Source: Vicugna vicugna (lineage: Eukaryota). Taken from it: DNA of 64,000 nt. The notes beneath the pieces are model-generated. The model was not told where the DNA came from. It did no database searches and saw only the letters and a program-made list of their open reading frames with translations. Shown piece by piece: positions 53,707 to 64,000 of the stretch (positions are counted from its first letter, which is position 1; every line of letters begins with the position of its first letter). Made by a program: the position numbers and the translations under genes. The stretch spans positions 310,001-374,000 of the forward strand of contig MU057744.1 in NCBI GenBank assembly GCA_013265495.1, read 5' to 3'.

Positions 53707-54345
53707 ATTATTTATTTATTTATTTAGGGCTCTTTTCAGTTTATTGCATGAAGGAGTTACACTAGTCCAAGTTAAAAGCAGACCCCAAATGGTTATATTA
53801 TACAGGCTGTGAGGTTTTTAAACTTGTAACAAGGGACAGAAGGGAAAATCTACTCATTGCAAGGAAATCTTCACTTAAGCTTCAGTGAGCCAAAGGCACT
53901 TAAAACGCATGAACCTTCAGCTGGTCGTCCTTAGTCAGTCGAGTCTCTGCAAGGAACTGCCATATGTTCTTGTGCTGGTCACCCTTCTCCATACTCTGGA
54001 TGCTTGATTACAGTACCACTGCAGGCAAGTTTCTTCTTAAACGCCTTCACTAGTTTGCTTTTATCGTAATCATCAGCGATCCCTTGGACAGTGTTAAGGG
54101 TTTTCCTGCTGTTTCTCTGTTGAGTTCTCATATGGGTATAATCTTCAGTGCCAGCAGGAAGCAGATCCTCACCCATACTTGCATCAGCAAAGGGGTCAAA
54201 AGAGTGGAGTTCTGGATGGCGGACATGCAGTACAATTCCTCTTTCTCGGTGGAAACGGCCTGCGGAAGGTGGGCGGGGGGGACGGGGTGTCAGGGCGGGA
54301 GAGGGCTTGCGGGGGAGTCCTTGGCGGTGGCTCAGTGACTGGGGC
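53707..54345 (-). pseudogene. EIF1: EIF1 (SUI1) processed pseudogene
   Basis: Intronless. ATG at 54226 (MSAIQN...), then SFDPFADAS...LLPAGTEDY...KLVKAFKKK...HPEYG...KDDQLKVH, stop at 53900-53902. 1-nt deletion after codon 6 and a 14-nt deletion near 53985. 5'UTR, 3'UTR, AATAAA (53740-53745) and a decayed A-tail are present. ~17-bp TSD at 53690-53706 / 54346-54362. Confidence 0.96.
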
Positions 54346-55049
54346 AAACTTTCTCTGACTTTAAAAGATCATCTTCCAGTTCCTTAAATTGACCTAGTCT
54401 CTACATAATAATTTATGCAAAAGATAGCTTATAATCAGGTTTCTCGGGTGAAGACAGTATTTCTAACCACCTTGACAGTTGCTCCTTTGTGGTGACAGGG
54501 ACTAGAGCAGAGATGCCGGTCCCTTGGGCCTTGGGGGGGAGGTGTCTGTTGGGACCTATCTGTGAACAGCCCCCTCCCCACCTTGGCCCCAGATGTGCAT
54601 TTCCTCTGCAGGAGAGGCGGCCAAGTTGAGGGTGTTGAGGTGGGTTTGGAATCGAGCCTGGTCAGGAGCAGAGTGCCCCAGAGCCTTCAGGAGCATTCTG
54701 TACTCTGGCTGCCTCCTCAGTGATGTCAGAAGATTGGAAATTGGGCCGGTTCAAAGCTGATTTCCCACACACCGGGAGCGATGTGGTCAGCAGAGGGCTT
54801 TGGGAACTCGGCCGTGTGGCTGGTGGAGTTGTCAGCAGTGCTGGTTCAGCCTGTTCTTGCCGCGGAAGAGCGTCCCCCAAGACTTGAAGAAATGGGGTTT
54901 CGGGAGATAATCAAGTAGTGGTGGATATTGCAGACCCAGTGACGAATGTCTCGCGCTTCCTGACTGAATTCTTGCCCGAAGTTGAAGTGCTGCCTGTGTA
55001 TTTAATCCGGTCACCTTTTTGGGGCTCATCTCTCTTGGAGGTCATTGCT

Positions 55050-55945
55050 TCTGCGGGGACTGAAGTCAGTGCGCGTGCAGCCGACCTCAGCGGGTCACGT
55101 CGGGTCTGAGGGCTCAGATCGGGAGCAGCTGCTTCACCAGTTGGCTCTGAACTTCAGGTGGGCACGTGCCCACCGGCGCAAGAACTCCCTGGACTGCGTG
55201 TGTGTCGGGGGGGCACTGCATTCGCAGCTGCCGGCTGGTTCCGCGTGGACGTCAGGTGGCGGTGGTCCCTGCGCTCCGTGCGGACCAGTAGAAATGTGTG
55301 TGATTCCAGCCTCCGCAGTGGAGGGCGTGAGTGAGTGGACTTAAACCGTTTCGAGACCGGGTGGCCCCGGGTGAGCAGGGCTGGTGGGCATGTGGGGCGG
55401 GTGCGGACGCGCGGGGCTGGGGAGGGGCGCACGAGGGGCTGCGCCCCAGGGACTCCGGGCCCGCTGCTCCGGCCGTCGGGGACCCCGAGAGCGGGCGTGT
55501 GCCCAGGTCGCTGGAGCAGGAGCCCGAGGGGGCCCAGGACCCGCATCGCCGGCCGGCGCTCGCAGCTCGTCGACCCTCCCCAGACCCGACCTCCAGAGGG
55601 AGCCGGTCCACTCGTGGCGGAAGCTCAGGCGGTTGCAGCCCGAAACCCCGCTGTTCTCTGCCGTCCCCGCCCCTGCACGTCACTCCGCATCAGAGCTCTG
55701 TCCCCGGGCTCTGGGCTTATCTCCTGACCGTCCTGCGCCCCGAGTCCTTGAGAGCCTCGGAACCGGTTAAAAACGCGGAAACCGGCGGTAGCGCTCAGGC
55801 CCCGTACCCACCGCCCGGAGCCGCCCGGCTCTGGTTCTGGGCGGCTGAGACCCGTCCCTTCCTGCGGGTTCCGGGTTCCGCCGCCTTCCCTCCCTCCCTC
55901 CTGCCCACGCGTAGAGCGGTCTGATCGGTACCGCCTACGTCCTCT
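55050..55945. promoter_or_regulatory. Intronic CpG island-like GC peak inside the U12 intron
   Basis: About 900 bp of high GC with undepleted CpG. Confidence 0.6.
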
Positions 55946-57770
55946 CCTTTCCAACCAGTTCTGTCCAGTGATGCCGTTTCTATCAGAAGCTACTTTCTCC
56001 GTGTTTTATGTGCAAAGACCCCCCGCTGCACTATGGGGCGTAAGAAAATGAGTTTGGAACTGAAGCTGATCTGGGTTTAAGTTCGCACTTGTTGATCTGC
56101 ACAGCCGGCCTGGGACGGGGTTGGCTCACTCCCTCCCTGGCCACCTCCCCCCAGTCTGTCTTGCAGAGGTGGGAGCGCCCAGCCCGGACCTCCGACCCTG
56201 TCTCCTCTGTTCACACTCACTCCCAGGGAGACAGGTGCTGCCTGCAGACGCTGGGCTCCTGCGCTCTGGCCTCTGGCCCAGTCCCGTCCCCTCCCAGGCT
56301 TGTCTCCCCACCGTGTACCTGAGACCTCTGTTTGGGTGTCATCTCGAATTTAACACACCAGAACGTGAAGTCCCCGCAGCCCTGCTCGTCTGTGGTCTTC
56401 CCTGTGTCAGTAAAGGGCACCTCCCGGGGCCCGGGCCAGGGACTGGGCAGGTAACTTAACCCTTCTTTTTTCCCCACATCTCCCATCTAAATCCATCCGC
56501 AAGCACCCCCAGCCCCGCTTCCTCATCGGGAGACGCAGCCCGGCACTTCTCCCGCCCGCTAGCACCGCGATCTGGCCCCAGCCCCTCCCGGCCCCTTTCT
56601 GCTATCTCTGTGGTCCTGCAGCCTGCTCCCCAACAAGCCACAGAGCCTCCTTCCGAGGGCCTCGGTCAGCGCCCACCCTAGGTCCTGTCTCAGGCAGGGA
56701 CTAACACAGGCAGTGTGGGTCCTCCAAGGCCCTCTGTGCCGTGGCCCAGCCTCTAGGGCCTCATCTCCAGCACCCCGGGCACCCTGCGTCTGTCATCCCT
56801 GCTGCAGCCAAGCCGTCGTGACCTCAGGGCCTTTGCGCCGTCCTTCCCTCTGCCTGGATGCTCTTCTCCACGATGGCAGCCCCTCGTCCCCTCTAGTTCT
56901 CTGCTCCAATGTCACCTCATGGAGAAGGTGGTCCTCCGTGCCCCCCCGGGCTGCAGGCCCTGCCTTCTTGCTCTGAGAACGGGTCTGTGTCTGGCACACC
57001 TGGGGTGCATATGCTCATGGAGTTATTTGCTGAATCAGAGCATGAGTGGAGCAGTTCCCACGTACATCAGAGGAGGGTGGAGACTCTCCCTCAGCCCTGT
57101 TCTGCCCCAGGCTTCTCTCTGCCTGGGGTTCTGCCAGGCTCGGCCCTTGATGCCACTGCCATGTCTCCCCACCTCATGTCAGCTCAGGGGCCTTTCTCTG
57201 TCCTGCTGATCTCCCTCTCTGCAGTCCTGTGCCAGGGACACTGGTGTCACTAAGCTCATCCAGGCCACAGGAGACCCTGATTCCAAGCCATCCTGAGCAC
57301 GTGCCAACGTTTGTCCAGGTCTCCCCGTTGTCCCCCGGAGGCGCGCTCAGCATGTGGGGATCCGTGCAGGGCAGAGCCCCCCCTGGTGCCCAGAGGGAGG
57401 ACAGTGTGTGTCCATGTGGGACCACAGCCTGCGGTGCACCTTCTGTGCTGAGTATGTCAGCGCCCCCAGCACTGTTGTCTCTGCCCTCTCTCTGGTTTAG
57501 TGTTAGGATGTTTGGTTCTTACTCATTGGATTGTCGATGTTTGTCCCAAGTTTGCAGCATGTGACAATGAACTTTTTAGTTCCTGGGTGAATAGTTGGAT
57601 GATTTAAAGGGGTTGGATGACTTAATATATGTGCTCGGGGAAGAATTTCAAGCAGAGTAGAGGGTAGAAAATGAAAAGTTAAAAATTACATGTTCTAGAA
57701 CTAAGAGGTAACCAGTATTACATCTTTTATGGATCTTTGTGTGTTACTGTTTCTTAACATGTGCATTTAG

Positions 57771-57870
57771 ATATTAGAAGCATAGATTTGTCAAAAAATC
57801 TACTGTCATCATGGGATGAAGTTGTAGCAATTGCCGACCAGCTCAGACGCCTGGAAGTTCTTAACCTCAG
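57771..57870 (+). CDS. TBCE: TBCE exon 6 (LRR)
   Basis: catttAG|...(N)[32 protein letters not shown](S)...|GTATGA; 100 nt. Confidence 0.97.
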
Positions 57871-58869
57871 GTATGAACTCGCAGTGGCCTGACTGTCACC
57901 TCAGATAAAAGTCCTGATCTCTCCTGCTCCCTCCTGGCATCACTGTAGGGATGAGGTGGGGCGTGGGGCGGGAGGAGGGGAGTGGCTTAGTTGAAGGTAA
58001 GTTTAACTTATTCTGTGTTATGGTTTTTCAGGTGGTCCCACAAGGTGATTAATGGGGAGTGTGCTTCACTTTTGATCAGGGAGGTGGGGAGGTTGACATA
58101 TTGAACTGGAAGGTCTTCCTGGTTCTTATAAGCCTGACCTTAAAAGATGGACCACGCGGGGACCCTGATGCTTACCTGGGGAGAAGAGCTGCTCCATCCT
58201 GCAGCTCCTGGCAGGTACCTGCTTTAGGGGTGAGCGGTCTCACCAGCGGTTGCCAAATTCAGCTCTGGGGAGGATTTTTCATGGAGCTCCGGGTTTCACT
58301 GAGGTCATAGTGTTCCCGGCCTTCTTGAACATCTGGTTAGCTTTGATCTCAGACCCTCACTTTGCAGGGGCTGCGCCAGGTCTCCCCTTCTGCCCCTGAG
58401 CCACCTCTGACACGTACAGAGGAGTCGGCTCCAGCTCAGGCACGTCCGGGGAGCAGGTGCGCGGGCCTGAAGGAGCCCCGCGTCCGAATAGCCAAGTGTG
58501 CGTGGGCCCGTGGTGCTGCCTCTTGTGGGGCTAAGGGCTCGTGTGCTAAAGTGGCGGCGTCTTTCAAAATGACTGTCAAGCCGCGGGCGCCTTCTGAGGT
58601 TAGGACTTGAGAGAGCACCTCCAGGGCAGTGGTTTATCTCGTCTGTCCTGATAGCAGAAGGGCGGACCCTGCTCAGAAGCCAAATTCCAGCCCCTGGTCC
58701 AGCGCAGCGGTCAGACTGCTGAGGGCGCGGCTTCCCATCACGGCGTCCCGCCCGCGGCCCATCAGGCCAGGTGACCTGACGGGGGCTGCCGGAGCTGCCC
58801 CGACCCCGTGCGCCCATGCCAGGCGTCAGGAAGTTGTGTGTTGTTAATGTCAAAAATTAAGTAGTCTTC

Positions 58870-59000
58870 GGGGGAGGGTCAGCTCAGGGGCAGAGCACAT
58901 GCTCAGCATGCACGGGGGCCTGGGTTCAGTCCCCAGGCCCTCCATTCAGTCGGTCAGTCAGTCAGTCAATCTAATGACCTCGGCGCCAAAAACAAACAAG
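58870..59000 (+). mobile_element. Vic-1-like SINE with many A/T->G/C changes
   Basis: gggggagggtcagctcaggggcagagcacatgctcagcatgcacgggggcctgggttcagtccccaggccctcc. Confidence 0.85.
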
Positions 59001-59155
59001 AAGCTAGATGGTCCTGACTAACTTTGTTTTTGATTTAATTGCATTTGAAAGTTGAGACAAACCAAGCTCTGCACAGTAAACCGCACACTCGCGGTGACTG
59101 TGTGAGTTGGGCCCACCTACGGCAGTGAGCACTTTGTGTCTCTTTTTCCACACAG

Positions 59156-59258
59156 TGAAAATAAACTGACATTTCCCTCTGGCTCACCACCTCCATCCGG
59201 AACATTCTCTGCACTGAAGGAGCTGGTCCTGAACCGGACGGGGATAACCTGGGCTCAG
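59156..59258 (+). CDS. TBCE: TBCE exon 7 (LRR)
   Basis: cacacAG|...[40 protein letters not shown]; 103 nt. Confidence 0.96.
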
Positions 59259-60348
59259 GTAACCGTATTTCTTTGCTTTATTAGCCAGTAATGGGCAGTT
59301 TCAGGTTCTTGGTTTACCAGGGGATTGAAGCACAGCAGTGGCTTTGTTTTAACCACCTCATTATCCAGATAACAGGGCTCTGCAGACTGCTTTCCAGGAA
59401 GGAGGCAGCCAGTCCTGGTGGTTGTGGGTGAAGCCCGGGGTTCCTCGGGCAGTTCCGTGTCTCCCTAGCCTCTTGCTCCGCCGTGTCTGTAGCAGACGTG
59501 GGCCAGAAGCTTCTGGCCGCCCCGCTCCCCGCCAGGGTCCCTAGGGTGAGGCCGAGCCCAGGGTGGGCTCTGCTGCCTGCTCTCGCTCGCAGTTCACCCG
59601 GGAAGGCACCACTTGTGGTTGGTGGCCGGATCCCGAGTGGACGTGAGCGCCCCCGCCTGGCAGCCTCCAGGCCTCGGAGCCGGAACTGCCGTGTTCTGTC
59701 AGGGTAACTGACCTCACACCCCAGGACATCCCACTTCCAGCCAAGTGCGAACAGGTCCGTCCCAGCAGTCGTCCGTCTGGGACTTGCCGCCATGGCTGCC
59801 TGACTTCCTCCTATGGCTCCTTCCTTGAGAGCTCCTCCCTCCCCGGACAGGAGGGGCTCCTGGAAACTCGGGCAGTGGAGATGCCAGTTACGGTCAAGTG
59901 AGAACATTGGACTCGTTGAGAAATCTTGTCCTGTTAGTAATATTCTCCATAAAACCAGTCTGGCACTGAGGATTGAGGAGGGGGTTTAGCATCAGTTTCC
60001 TTCCTTTGGTTCAACAGACTACATCCAATAATAAGAAGGTGCTAGGCCACCACCTCCAGTGCCGCTTTGTCCAGGTCGGGATTCACCTGAGCGTGGGCTG
60101 ACTCCTGCCTCGGGGCGTTCTGAGTGCACAGGGTACCTGCTCCCGTGTCACTGAAGCCCAGGCCTGGAAGTTGTTCATTCTGTCACCTGTCCACAAGCAC
60201 CACTGGCCCCGAGGTTCTGTAACACAACGGCCAGAGGCACTTCATTTCTAAAACAGGGACTGAACTGAGCTCGCACGGAGGGTCTAGAAATACACACACA
60301 GGGGAAGGACCAGCGAGGCCGCTTCACCCTGACTTGTTTTCCCCCCAG

Positions 60349-60425
60349 GTGCTCTGCTGTGCCACTGGGTGGCCAGTCCTGGAGAAGCTGTACCTTGAGT
60401 CCAACGATATCATCATTTCAGAAAG
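60349..60425 (+). CDS. TBCE: TBCE exon 8
   Basis: ccccccAG|VLCCATGWPVLEKLYLESNDIIISE(R)|GTAACC; 77 nt. Confidence 0.96.
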
Positions 60426-60749
60426 GTAACCAGGGTTTATGCGTCTGTCACCCCTCAGTCCTTCTGAATAAGTAAATGGTCTCATCATACCTCAGTAAAT
60501 TTTAGAAGGATTTGCAAATAAGGATTAGAAAAATGCTCATTATGTATTGCCTTCGCAAATCAGAATGTCAACTCAAACTTCACTAAGAGGTTCTAATTAA
60601 GGAAACCCCATCAGAGCAAAAGCCTTGAATGAAATGTTTTTGAGGACATGAATCGTATCAGTTTTACATAAATATGTTTAACTTCTATTTCTAAATGGAA
60701 GTTCTGTAGGAAATGCTACAAGGATTAAATGATGGAGTTTAAATTAGCA

Positions 60750-61060
60750 TTGTCTCCGTATCCACAGTCAACCACATAGTCAGCCAGCCGCAGATGGAAA
60801 ATATTTGGGGGGAAAATTCCAGAAAATTCCTAAAAGTAAAACTTGAATTTGTGGTGCACTGGCACCACTCACGGAGCATTTACATTGCATCGGGTATTGT
60901 CAGTGCTCTGGAGATGACCTAAAGGCATCCACACACGCGGGATGTGTGGAGGTTGGATGCAAATACTGTGTCATTTTATGTAAGGGACTGGAGCGTCCTC
61001 AGAATTTGGTGTCCGCAAAGGTCCAGGAACCAATCCCCCATGAATACTGAGGGACGACTT
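60750..61060. mobile_element. MER2B-like Tigger MITE
   Basis: aaattccagaaaattcctaaaagtaaaacttgaatttg...ggaaccaatcccccatgaatactgagggacgact. Confidence 0.78.
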
Positions 61061-61562
61061 TATATATAAAAAGCCCATTTTCTTTGGTAAATTAAATATG
61101 TTGCTGCCTCATTTTCCTCTTTGGTTGGTATCGTTAAATTACTATGTAAAATAAACGTGGTCAAACTTATATGTTCTCAAAGGATTCAAAATAATGAAAT
61201 TTTACTGTTCAGAGTGATTTTATGTATTATACAGGCAAATGCAGGTTTTTAAAAAGTTTAATTTCGAGGAAATTTTAGATTCTCATGCAGTTATGAGAAG
61301 TGGTACCCAGAGATCATGTGTACCTGTTACCATGTGCCCCGCTGGTAACATCCTGCAGAGGTGTGGTCCAGTGTCACGGCCCGGACCTGAGACTCGTCCA
61401 GTCGAGTACGGAACACGCCCTTCACCACCAGCACCTCGTCCGCTGCCCTTTTAGAGGCGAATCACACGCCTGCCTCCCACCCCCAGCCCCTCCTTAACAC
61501 CAAGTGGCAGGTATTTTAAGGCTGTATCTTTGACCACAATAAAGAGATTAAATTTATGTTGA

Positions 61563-61679
<117 letters not shown>

Positions 61680-62133
61680 TAATCTAAGATGCCTGTTCCC
61701 ATAGTGTTTAGTAACATTTTAGTGAGTGGATCATATGCTGTATGTACTTTCTGAGTGGAAATGTGGTGGTGGTGGAATTCCCAACCTGAGTCATTCCCTT
61801 GGGGAGGTTTTTACTTGAATTCGTTGGGATAATTGACTTGTGAACCGTGTCTCTGTCTGTACTGGGTAACTGAAGAATTTGGCCCCGGGGCTAAAATCAA
61901 GTCTGCCTTTGTTAAGCTTTGGGAAGCGAGACTGTGTCTCTTTCCTCCCTGAGACCCGCTTAGCACCTGGCACAGCAGGAGACACAGTAACTGTTTGATG
62001 ATCGCGGAATCATCAGAAAGTGGCAGAGTCCACGCCCCATGTGGGACTTCCTGGTTTCTAAGCACTGCACATGGGACGAAAGCCTGGGGTGTAGGAAGAA
62101 ACTTGCCAAGCCAGTCCGGGTGATAGCCCATAG

Positions 62134-62250
<117 letters not shown>

Positions 62251-62332
62251 TGACATGATTAAGTAACCTCGCCCTGCCCCGTGCTTGAGCTTGCTTCCCG
62301 TCCACTGTGTGACCGAGTCCTCCTTTTTCTAG

Positions 62333-62397
62333 GGTGCAAGACGTCCATGTTCCCGTCCTTGCAGTACCTCGTTCTAAATGACAATCAGATATCACAC
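62333..62397 (+). CDS. TBCE: TBCE exon 11
   Basis: ttttctAG|(G)CKTSMFPSLQYLVLNDNQISH|GTAAGG; 65 nt; preceded by an 87-nt intron. Confidence 0.96.
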
Positions 62398-62713
62398 GTA
62401 AGGGCTCCTTCAGAATGGCCAGACCTGGTTGTCCACTCTCATGGGGGTTTGTAAGCTCCTTCTATTCAAGAGTATTTTAAATTGAAAGAGGGATGCTTCC
62501 TCAGGGTGAAACTCCTCATACCAACCCCAGAATCCTCGCTCGCACGTACGCAGCCCGTCGGTGGCTTTCACGGCCCCGGGGGCGCTAGCTGCAGGGGACG
62601 TCCCGGGCTCCGGGGCAGCGGGGGCCTGGGCGTTGCTGTCGCTGGTCCAGATCATCTGGAAAACCAGCCTGAAACGTGTTTCTTTCCGTGTGTCCTCCGT
62701 GGCCGGGTGGCAG

Positions 62714-62866
62714 TGGTCGGTTATCAGTGAGCTGGACAAGTTGCCGAGCCTGCACGCCCTGTCGTGCGCCAGGAACCCCCTGACCGAGGGCGGCAGAGAC
62801 GCGCAGACCACCCGCCAGCTCATCATCGCCAGGGTCGGTCAGCTCCGAACCCTCAACAAGTGCGCG
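62714..62866 (+). CDS. TBCE: TBCE exon 12
   Basis: ggc[59 protein letters not shown]; 153 nt. Confidence 0.95.
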
Positions 62867-62928
62867 GTGAGCGGGACGGGCGGGCCCGCGGGAGGCGGGG
62901 GCGGGGGCGGGCTGCGTGGGGCCCAGGG

Positions 62929-63077
62929 AGTCCCAGGGCTGGCCTGTCCTCGTGGCCGTGGCTCCTCGTGGCCCCTCGAGGGGCTGCCCCGCTCCGTCGG
63001 ACAAGTCCCAGGGCTGGCCTGTCCTCTTGGCCCTGGCTCCTCGTGGCCCCTCGAGGGGCTGCCCCGCTCCGTCGGAC
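62929..63077 (+). repeat. Tandem duplication, 75-bp period, 2 copies
   Basis: 62929-63002 versus 63004-63077, 2 mismatches. Confidence 0.95.
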
Positions 63078-63325
63078 TGCGGGGCGCAGCGTCCCCGTGG
63101 CCTGCTGTGCGAGGCCGGGGACGGGCGCTGGTGCCTCCTCGGTGGCCGGCCTCGCGAGTCCTGCGCCCGCGGCGGGGGCCCGTGTGAAGGCGGCGCGCCC
63201 CGAAACCCGTCTTCTCTGAGTAACTGCTGGGTCCTGTCACTGTTAGCAAGGACGTCGCCGTGTGGCTCCCCTCCGCGGGGGCGGGGCGGGGGTGGGGCAG
63301 CGTCACACCGCGCTTCCCCGCGCAG

Positions 63326-63479
63326 GTTGAGCCCGAGGAGAGGCGCGGCGCGGAGCTCGACTACCGGAAGGCGTTCGGGGCCGAGTGGAAGGCGGCCGGC
63401 GGCCACCAGGACCCGGGCCGGGACCGGCCGAGCGCGGACTTCCTGGCCGCTCACCCCCGGTACCAGCTCCTCTGCCGCA
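63326..63479 (+). CDS. TBCE: TBCE exon 13 (gene continues beyond window)
   Basis: cgcgc[53 protein letters not shown]...A|GTGAGT; 154 nt. Confidence 0.96.
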
Positions 63480-64000
63480 GTGAGTCCTCGTCACCGTCGC
63501 CAGGGCCCTGGCCGCGCGGCTTCCTCGGGCGCCCCAGCGGGTCCCCGCGTTGTCGCTTCTCGGGGAGGGGGGCTTCTCGCTCGTCTCGGTGGGCGAGACG
63601 CCCCTTCCTGGGCTCCGCAGCGGGGACCCGGGGGTGGGCGGGGACTTAATGAGGCAGCGGCCTCCCCCGCGGGGGAGCTGGGAGCCCCGGGGCGCCTGGC
63701 AGGGAGAGCCTGGCCCCCGGGGGGGGGGGAGGCGGCTCTGAGCAGGCCCGCCGGGTCCCAGGAGGTGGGGACCGCCGGTCAGGAGGGGCAGGGGTTCCCC
63801 GGCGACCCCCACCCCGGGAGGTTTGGACGTGAGCAGCACTGAAGGTGGAACCGAGGCTCCGGTGTTGCTTTGTGCCCCCCAGGTAACTTTACTGTTCCTG
63901 AAAGTCAAGCGCTGTCCTGGCGCCCCGTGTGCCCAGTGCCCGCGCCTCCTCTCTGTCCCTGGTGGACTCGCCATTTTGTTTTGACTTCATTATATTCCGA

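Larger units (their letters stand above)
53017..57770 (+). other. TBCE: U12-type (minor spliceosome) GT-AG intron of TBCE
   Basis: Donor GTATCCTTT (53017-53025). Branch motif TTTCTTAAC at 57750-57758, ending 12 nt before the intron end. No polypyrimidine tract between branch site and AG. Confidence 0.92.
62530..63960. promoter_or_regulatory. Intragenic CpG island over exons 12-13
   Basis: Very high GC and CpG, with G-runs. Confidence 0.65.

Noticed and set aside
53979..54347. 122-aa ORF as an N-terminally extended functional eIF1
   Set aside because: It arises from a frameshift joining the 5'UTR to the CDS, lacks an ATG start, and is truncated by the 14-nt deletion; pseudogene.
62561..63974. 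Long overlapping ORFs (208-308 aa) on both strands
   Set aside because: Stop-codon scarcity in very GC-rich DNA; Arg/Gly/Pro/Ala low complexity. Only the TBCE exon segments are recognisable.

Overview
Mammalian genomic DNA, most likely a camelid, based on about ten copies of a tRNA-derived Vic-1-like SINE. The window covers most of the TBCE gene (tubulin-folding cofactor E) on the + strand. Twelve coding exons (numbered 2-13 by analogy with human) run from the ATG at 12767 to 63479. They splice to 1273 nt of open frame covering the CAP-Gly domain and LRR region; exon 1 and the last exons lie outside the window. The intron after exon 5 has a textbook U12 (minor-spliceosome) donor and branch site and contains an antisense EIF1 processed pseudogene with target-site duplications (TSDs). 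The 26-kb intron 2 holds a near full-length antisense L1 nested in older L1s, with unusual inserts. Several sharp GC/CpG peaks appear to be old repeats, a lineage-specific SINE and exons 12-13 rewritten A/T->G/C, consistent with GC-biased gene conversion. I found no convincing new multi-gene system. Most listed ORFs are spurious. Repeat family names and human TBCE/EIF1 comparisons are from memory, not from a search, and repeat boundaries are approximate unless a TSD is given.
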